From positions 9,239 to 73,238 of the forward strand of contig JANLHM010000005.1 in the NCBI GenBank assembly GCA_024654565.1: 64,000 bases of DNA, in the 5' to 3' direction. Below are positions 52,774 to 62,319 of this stretch, one piece after another. How positions within the stretch are numbered: the stretch's first letter is position 1; each line of letters begins with the position of its first letter. This DNA comes from Nanobdellota archaeon (GTDB lineage Archaea > Nanobdellota > Nanobdellia > Pacearchaeales > GW2011-AR1). A program made the position numbers and the translations under genes. The notes under the pieces were generated by a model that worked only from the letters and a program-made list of their open reading frames with translations, was not told where the DNA came from and searched no databases.

Positions 52774-53445
52774 TTATTTTTCTATCGCCTTAACTTCTTC
52801 ACTTTCTTTAAATTCCGTGTCAAGCCCAAACAACTCGTTATATTTCTCTTTAAAGAGCTCTGCAAATTGCTTCATTTCCTTAGAAATTGTAAGAATTAAC
52901 TTTTTACTCTGAACCTCAAACTTCAAATCCTGTTTAAAGAAAAATTCATTGATTGATTTTATTTTTTCATTTAGGTCCTCAATTTTCCTTAAAATTTTTA
53001 TTTTATACTCAACATTTTTCCCCGCAAGAGGACTGTTAAAATCAATTATCACTCTCCCACTTGAAACAGTCAAAACTTTTGCAAGTTTTCCATCCAAATT
53101 AAAAACACTTCCAGGAATTGGATTTAAATTGTGATTCTGGAAATTTTTCAAAGGAACTATCCTTATTGCTTTTGGGTCTCTTTTTCCAAATGCTTCTTCA
53201 GGAGGAAGTGAGATTTCATATTCCCCGACTTCCTTTCCCACTAAAAATTTATCGACGCCCTTAACAAACATCTCTTCACCCAATGGGAAAATGAAAGGTT
53301 TGGTTTCAACAGGGTGTGAATGACCTTCGTGAAGTTTTTCGAGTTCTTCCTTCACATTTGAATCAAAAACCCCTCCCCCTTTTATTCTTCCTGTAAACTC
53401 AATTTCAATAAAATCCTTTTTTTTCAAAACCATTGTATATTCCAA
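52774..53445 (-). CDS. FKBP-type peptidyl-prolyl isomerase with insert-in-flap domain (long archaeal type)
   Basis: 223 aa. ..GRIKGGGVFDSN.., ..FPLGEEMFVKGVDKFLVGKEVGE.. and ..SPLAGKNVEYKIKI.. blocks. Confidence 0.85.
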   Translation of the reverse strand: MEYTMVLKKKDFIEIEFTGRIKGGGVFDSNVKEELEKLHEGHSHPVETKPFIFPLGEEMFVKGVDKFLVGKEVGEYEISLPPEEAFGKRDPKAIRIVPLKNFQNHNLNPIPGSVFNLDGKLAKVLTVSSGRVIIDFNSPLAGKNVEYKIKILRKIEDLNEKIKSINEFFFKQDLKFEVQSKKLILTISKEMKQFAELFKEKYNELFGLDTEFKESEEVKAIEK

Positions 53446-53495
53446 TCAGAATAAAGAGTTTATAAAATTAATCGGAATGAAGGAAATTCTAAAAA

Positions 53496-53503
53496 TTTAT
53501 AAA
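53496..53503 (+). promoter_or_regulatory. TATA-box-like element upstream of aIF5A
   Basis: tttataaa lies 29 nt before ATG 53525, which supports the shorter start. Confidence 0.35.
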
Positions 53504-53524
53504 GGCCGATTTTTTTCATACTTT

Positions 53525-53914
53525 ATGGTATTAAAAATAATAAATGCAACCGAAATAAGGGTGGGAACAAATATCACTCTTGACGGGAATTTCTTCACCG
53601 TAAAAAAGATGGATATTTCAAAAACAGGTAAACACGGACATGCAAAGTGCCGAATTGAAGCAGAAAACATGATCTCTGAGTCAAAGAAGGTTTTTGTTGT
53701 TCCGGGTCATGAGAGGTTTGAAGTCCCGATTGTTAACAAAAACAAAGGACAGGTTCTTTCTATAAATGAAGGGACCGCAAGTATTATGGATTTAGAATCT
53801 TTTGAGACAATTGAAGTCTCAGTCCCATCTGAACTAAAGGGACAAGTTGGTATTAACGACAACGTTGAATACTGGGATGTTGAAGGAACACTAATTTTGA
53901 AAAGAAAAGTTTAA
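53525..53914 (+). CDS. eif5a: translation initiation factor 5A (aIF5A)
   Basis: Hypusination loop SKTGKHGHAK. Start set at the in-frame ATG 53525 (MVLKIINATEIR..), 129 aa. Confidence 0.9.
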   Translation: MVLKIINATEIRVGTNITLDGNFFTVKKMDISKTGKHGHAKCRIEAENMISESKKVFVVPGHERFEVPIVNKNKGQVLSINEGTASIMDLESFETIEVSVPSELKGQVGINDNVEYWDVEGTLILKRKV

Positions 53915-53960
53915 ACCTAAGACATAAATCTTTAAATATAAAATTTTATCTCTATTTTTA

Positions 53961-54314
53961 ATGAAAAAAGAATATTGGATTGCGTTAATTAAGTCTGGGG
54001 GAAATTATTATGTTCTGTCCTCAAAAGAAGGGGAAGTAAACGTAAGGAACACTGAAAAAGAGAGGATTGAAGAATTTCATAAAAAGTACAATGGAAATGA
54101 CTCCATTGCAGGAATTATAAACAACATTCAATTTCAACCATCAATAATTCAAATGTCTATTGAAGAAATGGGGGGAAAACTTTTTGACCTTGATGAAGGA
54201 GTAAGGGTAAACAAAGTTTCCTCAGTTTCTGGTAGTTTTTATGGAATTGGGTGTAACCGCGACAAAAAAAATATTGAAATGATATTTGAAAAAGGCACAA
54301 AAGTAAATCCCTAA
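53961..54314 (+). CDS. hypothetical protein
   Basis: 117-aa ORF. No motif recognised. Confidence 0.5.
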   Translation: MKKEYWIALIKSGGNYYVLSSKEGEVNVRNTEKERIEEFHKKYNGNDSIAGIINNIQFQPSIIQMSIEEMGGKLFDLDEGVRVNKVSSVSGSFYGIGCNRDKKNIEMIFEKGTKVNP

Positions 54315-54369
54315 AATAAACAAAATTTGCTTCAAAAACCTTTAAAAACCATTTCTTTCTCGTATAACA

Positions 54370-54534
54370 ATGGGAACAAAAATACCAGAGGCACAAAACA
54401 GGCTTTTCAAAAATATGTTTGTTTGTCAAAAATGTGGAAACAAGATGAGATCAGACCCACAGAAAATTCTTAAGGGTAAAGTTAAATGTAGAAAGTGTGA
54501 CAAAAGTCAATTTAGAATTTTAAAGAAAAAGTAA
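54370..54534 (+). CDS. rpl40e: 50S ribosomal protein L40e
   Basis: 54 aa, hand-translated (below track cutoff): MGTKIPEAQNRLFKNMFVCQKCGNKMRSDPQKILKGKVKCRKCDKSQFRILKKK. Fits the L40e zinc-ribbon pattern (A..R.f...iC.kC......kCRKC....R..KK). Confidence 0.75.
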   Translation: MGTKIPEAQNRLFKNMFVCQKCGNKMRSDPQKILKGKVKCRKCDKSQFRILKKK

Positions 54535-54596
54535 TTTGATTTTAGAAACCACCACGCTTATAAACTATTTTTACGAAGTACACGTAAGGTGTTAAA

Positions 54597-56003
54597 ATGA
54601 GCGTAATGTTTTGGGATTTGACTTTACTTGCAATTTTTGTTGTAGCAATTTCAATTTTTTTGTATATAGAGAGAAAGAAGATAAAGAGAGAGGGGCTTCT
54701 TTTACTTTACCACACAAAGTGGGGCGTTAAACTAATTGAGAGTTTCGGTAAAAAACATAAAAAAGGACTTAAAGTCTTGAGTTACCTTTCTGTTTTTACT
54801 GGGTATGCCTTAATGATTCTTATGATTTACTTCTTTGCAGAAATTTTAAGAGTTTACCTTTTTAGGCCAGACATTGTCAGCGCAATAAAAATTCCCCCCA
54901 TAACCCCATTAATTCCATATCTACCTCAGATTTTCAAATTGAATTTTTTACCTCCATTTTACTTTTCTTATTGGATAATAATCCTTGCAATAGTTGCAAT
55001 TACCCATGAATTCTTTCACGGAATTTTTGCTAAAATTGCAAAAGTTAAAACAAAGACAACTGGATTTGGGTTTTTCCCGTTCTTCCTTCCAATATTCCTT
55101 GCTGCATTCGTAAGTCTTGATGAAAAAGCCATGGCTAAAAAAACTAACTTTGAACAAAGAGCAGTACTTTCTGCTGGAACTTTTGCAAATATTTTAACTG
55201 CAATTTTGGGGGTAATCCTTATGGCCTTATTCTTTTCACTTTCTTTTTCACCCTCAGGAGTTGTTTACAATGACTATGCCTATAACATTGTTCCCCTAAA
55301 CGAAATAAACTCAATAAACGGGGTCCCCGTTGAAAACCTGTCATATGACCTTTTAAGCAACCTCACAAATTCAAATGAAATGAACACCATCACTTCTGGA
55401 AACACAACTTTCCTTGGAATAAAAGGAGTAGTCCCTAATTTTGAATCCGTTGCACTCTATTATGACTCTCCTGCAATACGAGAAAACTTAAGCGGAGTAA
55501 TTACAAAAATAGGCGGGAAAAAAGTAACAAGCGTTGAAGAACTTTCTTCAATAATAGAAGAACACTTCCCAGGAGACAAAGTAGTCTTTTCAATTTACAA
55601 TGGAACTCAAGAATATGAAAAAGAAATTACTCTAGGAAGTTCACCTGATGGAAACGCATGGATAGGAATTTCATTCTCTAATCAAAGACCTTCTGGATTA
55701 ATGGGTTCTATCACTAGTTTTATCTCTTCATACAAAGAACCAAATGTTTACTACGCTTCAAACTTTGCTGCCGCGCAATTTATTTATGACCTTCTTTGGT
55801 GGCTTGTTTTAATCTCATTCAGTGTTGCGCTTGTGAATATGCTTCCCGTTGGTATTTTTGATGGGGGGAGGTTCTTCTACTTAACAATCCTCGCAATAAC
55901 GAAGTCTGAAAAAAGAGCAGAACAGTCATTTAAATTTATGACTTCACTCTTCTTAGTTCTGCTTTTGCTTTTAATGGTTTTCTGGGCAAAAAGTTATTTT
56001 TAA
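54597..56003 (+). CDS. M50 site-2 protease family membrane metalloprotease with PDZ-like insert
   Basis: 468 aa. HEFFHG (HExxH) in a TM helix, NMLPVGIFDGGRFFY near the C-terminus, and a soluble central segment. Confidence 0.85.
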   Translation: MSVMFWDLTLLAIFVVAISIFLYIERKKIKREGLLLLYHTKWGVKLIESFGKKHKKGLKVLSYLSVFTGYALMILMIYFFAEILRVYLFRPDIVSAIKIPPITPLIPYLPQIFKLNFLPPFYFSYWIIILAIVAITHEFFHGIFAKIAKVKTKTTGFGFFPFFLPIFLAAFVSLDEKAMAKKTNFEQRAVLSAGTFANILTAILGVILMALFFSLSFSPSGVVYNDYAYNIVPLNEINSINGVPVENLSYDLLSNLTNSNEMNTITSGNTTFLGIKGVVPNFESVALYYDSPAIRENLSGVITKIGGKKVTSVEELSSIIEEHFPGDKVVFSIYNGTQEYEKEITLGSSPDGNAWIGISFSNQRPSGLMGSITSFISSYKEPNVYYASNFAAAQFIYDLLWWLVLISFSVALVNMLPVGIFDGGRFFYLTILAITKSEKRAEQSFKFMTSLFLVLLLLLMVFWAKSYF

Positions 56004-56155
56004 AAATATGAGAGATTATTAATACAAACTCTCTTGTAAAAATAATTTACAAAAATAATAAAACTCTTCAAAAAAAGGTTTCAGAGCTTGAAGTGATAAT
56101 TAAAGAATTTTAATTCCTCCATAATTCTTTTAAACACATGAATTTTCGTTCATAA

Positions 56156-57214
56156 ATGAAGCCTGTTGAACTTTCTAAAGAAAAGCAAGAACAACTTAAT
56201 GAAATTCAGAAAAAGATACTTACAAGGCAAGGTTACAGACTTGTTGGAAACCACTCCGCTGTAAAAATATGCGAATGGACAAAGAAAAGTCTTCGTGGGG
56301 AAGGAAATTGTTATAAATGCACTTTTTACGGAATAAGGAGTCATCAGTGTCTTCAGATGACAACTTCCATGTTTTGTGCTTCAAGATGTAAATTCTGCTG
56401 GAGAGGACAAAAAGCCCCTGTCGGTAAAGAGTGGTACGGTCCAATTGACTCACCTGAACACATAATTAACCATTCAATTGAAGAGCACTTAAAACTTTTA
56501 ATAGGATTCAAAAGCAATAAGAAAGCAAGTGAAAACAAAAAAGAAGAATTAAAAGACATTCGTCATGTTGCACTTTCTCTTACCGGTGAACCAATAACTT
56601 ACCCGTTAATAAATGAAATTCTTGATGGGTTTCACAAAAGAAGGATTTCAACATTTTTAGTAACTAATGCACAATTTCCAGAACAAATTGAAAAAATAAA
56701 AAAGGCTACTCAATTGTATTTAAGTATTGACGCCCCTACAAAAGAAAAATTGAAAACTATCGACAGACCCTTGTTTGACGACTATTGGGAAAGAATGAAC
56801 AAATGCCTGGATTTACTTTCAACAAGAAAGTACAGAACTTGTATTAGATTGACTATGATTAACAAGGAAAATATGGACAACTATACGGAATATGCGAAAC
56901 TTATTCACAGGGGTTCACCTGACTTCATAGAACTTAAGTCTTATATGTGGGTTGGAGAAAGTCAGAAATATTACAAAGTTGAAAACATGCCATATATGGA
57001 GATGATGAAAGAATTCACAAAAAAACTTTTGGAATACTTGCCCGAATATGAATACCTCTCACGCCATGAACCCTCTAGAGCAATTCTCCTTGGAAAGAAG
57101 TCATTAAATAAAAAACACTGGATAAATTTTCCTAAGTTTTTTGATTTAATTGAATCTGGGGAAGATTTTGAGGCAGTTGATTATTGCTCGGAAAACATGG
57201 AACCCAATAAATAA
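56156..57214 (+). CDS. taw1: tRNA 4-demethylwyosine synthase Taw1 (TYW1-type radical SAM)
   Basis: 352 aa. ..IRSHQCLQMTTSMFCASRCKFCWRG.. contains CxxxCxxC preceded by an auxiliary Cys cluster, the TYW1/Taw1 pattern. Confidence 0.8.
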   Translation: MKPVELSKEKQEQLNEIQKKILTRQGYRLVGNHSAVKICEWTKKSLRGEGNCYKCTFYGIRSHQCLQMTTSMFCASRCKFCWRGQKAPVGKEWYGPIDSPEHIINHSIEEHLKLLIGFKSNKKASENKKEELKDIRHVALSLTGEPITYPLINEILDGFHKRRISTFLVTNAQFPEQIEKIKKATQLYLSIDAPTKEKLKTIDRPLFDDYWERMNKCLDLLSTRKYRTCIRLTMINKENMDNYTEYAKLIHRGSPDFIELKSYMWVGESQKYYKVENMPYMEMMKEFTKKLLEYLPEYEYLSRHEPSRAILLGKKSLNKKHWINFPKFFDLIESGEDFEAVDYCSENMEPNK

Positions 57215-57936
57215 TTATTTAGAACTTCAAGATTTTTTAAGTTCATATTTATCCTTCTTTCTAAATTCAGCTTTCCAGGAGTTTCGGTTGCAACAGAAAG
57301 CTTTGCTTTTCCCATTGAGAAAAACCTGTCTTCAAGAGAATGGTCATGAACATTTATTATGAGCCCCTTTCCATCTGACTTGTCCCCGTATATTCTTTTT
57401 GCCTTCCATTTTCTCTCGTTTGAAAATAATTTTCTGTAAATTTTTTTCGTATCTTTTTCAAAAATATACGAGTATACCTTAGAAATATCAAGGTCTTCAT
57501 GCATTGAAAGGAAAACTTCAAAATTTTTATTTTTAACTTCTTCATGGAACATTTGAATCTCTTTATAATTTTCACTCTTCAGAGTTTTTTTGTTTAGACA
57601 ATTTAAGTCCCTTCCTTTATCATTAAATCTTCTCTTCAAAACAAAACCACTTGGATTTAATATAGGAAAAATTTGATAGTGAATCTCCTTTTTAAAAAAT
57701 TTAGGATTTTCTAAAATTTTAAGCACAGAATATGGGCCTGCAATTTCATCTCCATGGATTCCTGCAACAATACAAAATTTCTTAGAACCTTTTTTATTTA
57801 TGTCTACCTTATAGATTGGAAAACTTTCATCTAAAATCTTTGACTTTTTATAACCGATTACCTTTGACGAATAATTATTAATTTTATTTAACCTTAACAA
57901 TTCTTTAACAAAATCAAAATAAATTTTATTTTCCAT
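57181..57936 (-). CDS. M14-like zinc hydrolase (succinylglutamate desuccinylase/aspartoacylase family)
   Basis: 251 aa. CIVAGIHGDEIAGP (HxxE zinc site) and a later ..SMHEDL... Has a 34-nt convergent overlap with taw1. Confidence 0.55.
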   Translation of the reverse strand: MENKIYFDFVKELLRLNKINNYSSKVIGYKKSKILDESFPIYKVDINKKGSKKFCIVAGIHGDEIAGPYSVLKILENPKFFKKEIHYQIFPILNPSGFVLKRRFNDKGRDLNCLNKKTLKSENYKEIQMFHEEVKNKNFEVFLSMHEDLDISKVYSYIFEKDTKKIYRKLFSNERKWKAKRIYGDKSDGKGLIINVHDHSLEDRFFSMGKAKLSVATETPGKLNLERRINMNLKNLEVLNNYLLGSMFSEQ

Positions 57937-57967
57937 AAATAATCCTTAATTTAAATTTTTAAATAAT

Positions 57968-58216
57968 CTATTCTTCTAAATACTTCTCTTCCTTCCTCTT
58001 CAAAGCTTCAACTCTTTTTATATCAATTTTTTTATAAGTGTAATCCTCTGAAATGGAAATAATTATTCCTTTTTTTACTCGGAGCTCTAAATCGGATTCT
58101 TTATTTATGTGACCCCTTCCGACAAGAATTTCTGATTTATCCCCATTAACTAAAAGAGCAACTCCAACTCCTCCGGGGCCCCATTTATATTTTATAAGGT
58201 AATAATGTTCATTCAT
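57968..58216 (-). CDS. hypothetical protein
   Basis: 82-aa ORF overlapping the upstream gene end by 8 nt. No motif recognised. Confidence 0.4.
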   Translation of the reverse strand: MNEHYYLIKYKWGPGGVGVALLVNGDKSEILVGRGHINKESDLELRVKKGIIISISEDYTYKKIDIKRVEALKRKEEKYLEE

Positions 58217-58796
58217 GGTATTTTAAATCATTGCCTTTTGCCATACAAAGTAAAATGTCCTCAACTTTTTGACCATTTAGTCCGTCGTAGCGAATCACCT
58301 GGGGATGTTTAAAACTTTCATTCGTTTTATTTGTGGGCATTATCACAACTCCATTCTTTCTCCATTTAAGCCATTTTAAAATGTAATCAGGAAAGTCATC
58401 AAACAAAACTTTTCCATAAACAAGCCCTTTATCTCTTGTAATAGTTATATCTATTTCCTCGCCAAAATGTTTTTCTATACACTTCTTTTTTCCAGACCAT
58501 GCAGCAGGATTACCTTTTGGTCCTTGAGTTAAAATCACATTCCTAAATCCAAATTCTTTAGTTAAAGCAAAAAATTCATGAACAGCATATATTGGGGGCA
58601 AATTTTCCCACCAACTTTCGGAACTTTTAATTAATTTAATTCTATTTTCAATGTAAGGAGGATTATTGTTAAAATTAAAATCAACCTCTTTCTCCTCGGG
58701 TGAGCGAAGTAGTTCAAGGTCCTTTTTCAACTGGCCTTCATAATCAAATAAAGTTCCGTCCATGTCATAAAGAGCAATTAAATCGTGTTTGCTCAT
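58209..58796 (-). CDS. HAD-superfamily 5'(3')-deoxyribonucleotidase-like hydrolase
   Basis: DMDGTLFDY (DxDxT motif I). Start set at ATG 58796 (MSKHDL..), giving an ATGA overlap with the upstream stop. Confidence 0.6.
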   Translation of the reverse strand: MSKHDLIALYDMDGTLFDYEGQLKKDLELLRSPEEKEVDFNFNNNPPYIENRIKLIKSSESWWENLPPIYAVHEFFALTKEFGFRNVILTQGPKGNPAAWSGKKKCIEKHFGEEIDITITRDKGLVYGKVLFDDFPDYILKWLKWRKNGVVIMPTNKTNESFKHPQVIRYDGLNGQKVEDILLCMAKGNDLKYHE

Positions 58797-59143
58797 AAAT
58801 AAACAATTCCTTCCTTTGTCAAAGCACAAAATCTTATTCCTACGGGGATATTAATCAAAGCTGACACAAGAGCCATATGCTCTTTTCCGTCGCCAGACGC
58901 TATTGAAAGAGCAACTTCCATCCCTTCAAACTTTCCCTTAAGTTTTTTTAAAAGGTCGTCTTTAAGTTCAACAAGTTTTTTATCTAAATCTACTTTAACA
59001 AATTCAAACTTTTTTTCATGGGTAAAGTCTTTTGCAAATTCACTTCCAACCAAAACTATTTTATCCCAATCTCCAAATTTCATTAAACCTGACACTTGAG
59101 CCCATGTTCCTTCACCTTTAGACAATAATGCAATTAGTTCCAT
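58793..59143 (-). CDS. hypothetical protein
   Basis: 116-aa ORF, translationally coupled to the HAD gene. No motif recognised. Confidence 0.5.
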   Translation of the reverse strand: MELIALLSKGEGTWAQVSGLMKFGDWDKIVLVGSEFAKDFTHEKKFEFVKVDLDKKLVELKDDLLKKLKGKFEGMEVALSIASGDGKEHMALVSALINIPVGIRFCALTKEGIVYL

Positions 59144-59144
59144 T

Positions 59145-59408
59145 TTATTGTTTAATTTTAATTGTGAATTTTTTATTAGGGCTAACTTCTCCTGTTTCTA
59201 TTAACTTTTGTGCCAGAGTCTTCACTTCTCGATAAACTTGGGGATTATTTCCCACATTTGATTCCTCAATTGTTAAAAGATATCCGTAATCTCCAACATT
59301 AAAATACCTATCAGACTTTTCATGAAGGACCTCAACTTTACATTGGGCGGATTTTATAACTTTTTTATCTAAGGGGTCTATTTTTATTTTGTAATACTTT
59401 ACTTCCAT
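59145..59408 (-). CDS. hypothetical protein
   Basis: 87-aa ORF whose stop lies 1 nt before the start of the next gene on the strand (58793..59143). No motif recognised. Confidence 0.45.
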   Translation of the reverse strand: MEVKYYKIKIDPLDKKVIKSAQCKVEVLHEKSDRYFNVGDYGYLLTIEESNVGNNPQVYREVKTLAQKLIETGEVSPNKKFTIKIKQ

Positions 59409-59505
59409 ATCAAAAAAATAACAAATTTACTTTTTAAGGATTATTGGTGTTAAGTAGATAACAGAAACTACAAATCTTTTTAATAATGACTTTCCAAAAA
59501 GCGGT

Positions 59506-60489
59506 ATGAGTGGTGAAAATAAAGTTCTTGAGACTACAAAATTAATAATTGAAAATCCTAAATATGTTTTTATAAATAATAAAAATGTTGAAGAACTTGC
59601 AGAAAAGTGGTCAAAAGAAAATTTAGAAATTCCTGGCTGGGAAATGCCGGTATACCTTTCTGGAAAAACGGAAGAAGTTATAGACTCTTTTTTTCTTGGG
59701 GATTCAATAAATTTCGCATATACTGATTTTGACACTGGAGAAAAATGGTCAAGTGAATATAAAGGAAAAGAATGGAAAGGAGCTTTTGGGATGTGGGCTT
59801 CATTAAAAAAAGCGATAGAAGAAGGAATGCCCATTCTTGACGGGAATTACTTAAAAGAAATATCTGAAAAAGAGATGAGAAAAATCTTTGAAGGAAACTT
59901 TGAAATCCCGATGTTCAATGAAAGATTAAATATTTTTAGGGAAATTGGGAATGTTTTAAGTGAAAAATATGACGGTCATTTTTATAATTTGATTGAAGAA
60001 TCTAATGGAAAACTTTTCAGCAATGGAAAAGGAATTGTTGAAAAATTAACTTCGGATTTTCCTTCCTTTGATGATTCTGTGGTTTACAAAGGGAAAAAAG
60101 TAAGGTTTGACAAAAGAGCTCAGCTTGCTCCGGGAACTTTATATGGAAGATTTCGTGCACAGGGTGAAACTTTATTTTGGGATGTTGATGAATTGACAGT
60201 CTTTTCAGATTACGTTTTACCAAAAGGACTTAGGGATTTGAAAATTTTGACTTATGAAAAATCTTTAGAAGAAAAAGTTGATAATCAAAATCTAATTGAA
60301 GCTGCGAGTCTTGAAGAACTTGAAATAAGAGCTTCAACAATTCACGCAGCAAAAAGAATTCAGGATAAAATAAATGAATACAGAAAAGGTGAAAATCCGG
60401 TTAACGCTCTTCACATTGATTACAAACTTTGGGCTGAATCAAGAGTCAAACCAGGATTTCATCATTTGACAAAAACTATTGCTTATTGA
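59506..60489 (+). CDS. queuosine salvage protein (DUF2419/Qng1-like), tentative
   Basis: 327 aa. ..DSINFAYTDF.., ..FDKRAQLAPGTLYGRF.. and ..LTVFSDYVLPKGLRDLKIL.. resemble conserved DUF2419 blocks as I remember them. Confidence 0.5.
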   Translation: MSGENKVLETTKLIIENPKYVFINNKNVEELAEKWSKENLEIPGWEMPVYLSGKTEEVIDSFFLGDSINFAYTDFDTGEKWSSEYKGKEWKGAFGMWASLKKAIEEGMPILDGNYLKEISEKEMRKIFEGNFEIPMFNERLNIFREIGNVLSEKYDGHFYNLIEESNGKLFSNGKGIVEKLTSDFPSFDDSVVYKGKKVRFDKRAQLAPGTLYGRFRAQGETLFWDVDELTVFSDYVLPKGLRDLKILTYEKSLEEKVDNQNLIEAASLEELEIRASTIHAAKRIQDKINEYRKGENPVNALHIDYKLWAESRVKPGFHHLTKTIAY

Positions 60490-61545
60490 TAATGATTTTT
60501 ACACCAACTTTCAATTTGTTCATAAATCCTCTTTTAGTTTCTTCTTTCTTTAAAAAAATTATCAAAATATCAACAAAAGATAAGTAGTGGAACACTTGCA
60601 AAAGAAAAAATATCATTTGAAGCTTTTAGTGGCTCTATGCTGAAATTCTCGCCGAAGCTTGAATCTTACACAAGAGCTCTATCGACGTCATCTTATTTGA
60701 CGGCTTTTGTTATCTCGTTTTGCGGATGGCTTCGAGCTTAGATGCATTCAGCTCTTATCCATTCAGTGCGTAGCTATGCGGCCTGCCATGTGACAACCGC
60801 TCACCAGAGGCACCCAAGTACCGTTCCTCTCGTACTAGATACTTGTTCCACTCAGACAACGACACACCTAGTAGATATCATACAAACTGTCTCGCGACGT
60901 TCTTAACCCAGCTAACGATCCCTTTTAATGCGTGAACTCCGACACCCTTGGCCGCTTCTGCACGGCCAGGATAGGGAGAGCCGACAGCGAAATACCAAAC
61001 CGCCCCGTCAATACGGACTATCGGGGGCGACCAGCTTATTACCCTTGGGGTAACTTTTCTATCAGACACGGCATCTATTAAAAATGCACGTGGGTTCACT
61101 AGGCCCTACTTTCGTATCTGCATTTCTTGCTTTTCAAAATACAGTTAGACAGACTTTTGCCCTTGCACTCATCCCTAGATTTCCAAGCTAGGTGAGTCTG
61201 TCTTTGGGTCCACCCGATATCTTTTCGGATGGGCACCGCCCCAGTCAAACTGCCCGCCTGTTGCTGTCCTCATAAAGAGTAAGCAATCTTAGCAAAAATG
61301 GGTAGTATTACAAGTTTGCTCCATCGCCACCAAAATGACGACTTCGACGCTCCTACCTATGCTATGCGTTTTTGATAAAATCACAACAACAAGTTGCAGT
61401 AAAGTTCCACAAGGTCTCCGCTTCCCACTAGGCGTCTCCGGTCTGTGCACCGGAAATATATTTTCAGAGGATTCTAACCAGGGACAGTAACAACCTCGTT
61501 AAACCATTCATGCACGTCACCATTCAGATGACAAGGCATTACGCT

Positions 61546-62286
61546 CAATTGTGTTATTCTGAATTTTAAAATAAAATTCAACTCTTTATGTCGCCATAAA
61601 GATCGGAGTACATCTTCACAAAATTAATTTGTGTCTAGCGTATACTCTCTGAGGATTCTAGATATTTTAGATTTGGTTTACGATTCATTTTTGAAATAAG
61701 TTTTGCGATTTCATCAAGTCCTTCTTTTGACAAATGTTTTTTATTATTCATCAAATTTATTACTTCAGAAAAGATTTTAAAATCTTTTTTCTTTGAAGTT
61801 TGAAGAGGATTTTCATTAAAAAATTTAATAATTTTATTTAAATTCTCTAAACCTCTTGTTCTAAATTCTTTCCTTGTTCCATGTTCATCTGTTCTATTAA
61901 TTTTTACATCTCCAAAACCAAAATAATCTTTGATTTTGTATAAAACAGCTTCATCTTTTTCATGTTGAACAATTCTAAATTCAGGTAGAACTTGCCATCC
62001 TAACTTCATTCCAGAAATTCGGTTTATGGATATATGAAAACATCCTTCGCCGTCTGTAAAACCAGAAATCCATGAACCATCTAGTCTTTCCTGCTGATTG
62101 TCCGCACTCATCTAATTTTCACGCGAACCAACTATAAAAATAATAGTTGTCGTTGTATAGTGAGATTCTCGGATGTTCCAGCATATAGCTAAATTTTCTC
62201 ATTTATTCGGTTTAATTTTTTTGTTTACCTTGACCCCTGAGCATTTTAATTTAATTAAAATGTAAGGCAGTTCAGTTTTCTGTTCA
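61546..62286 (-). mobile_element. group I-type intron (741 nt) in 23S rRNA carrying a homing endonuclease ORF
   Basis: The exon sequence ..CUCUUAAGGU | AGCGUAAUGCC.. is contiguous in other 23S rRNAs. The 5' exon ends in U and the insert ends in G. Insert nt 19-24, GCCUUA, pairs with the exon end UAAGGU, including the U-G wobble. Confidence 0.75.
61635..62111 (-). CDS. LAGLIDADG homing endonuclease (single-motif, I-CreI-like size)
   Basis: 158 aa with the motif WISGFTDGEGCF near the N-terminus. Lies entirely inside the rRNA insert. Confidence 0.9.
   Translation of the reverse strand: MSADNQQERLDGSWISGFTDGEGCFHISINRISGMKLGWQVLPEFRIVQHEKDEAVLYKIKDYFGFGDVKINRTDEHGTRKEFRTRGLENLNKIIKFFNENPLQTSKKKDFKIFSEVINLMNNKKHLSKEGLDEIAKLISKMNRKPNLKYLESSESIR

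Positions 62287-62319
<33 letters not shown>

Noticed and set aside
61546-62286. Interpretation of the 23S insert as a classical archaeal bulge-helix-bulge intron or as an expansion segment.
   Set aside because: I could not pair the intron start with the first nucleotides of the 3' exon, as a BHB would require. The U/G boundary nucleotides, the P1-type guide pairing and the LAGLIDADG ORF favour a group I intron. This is unverified without a covariance model.
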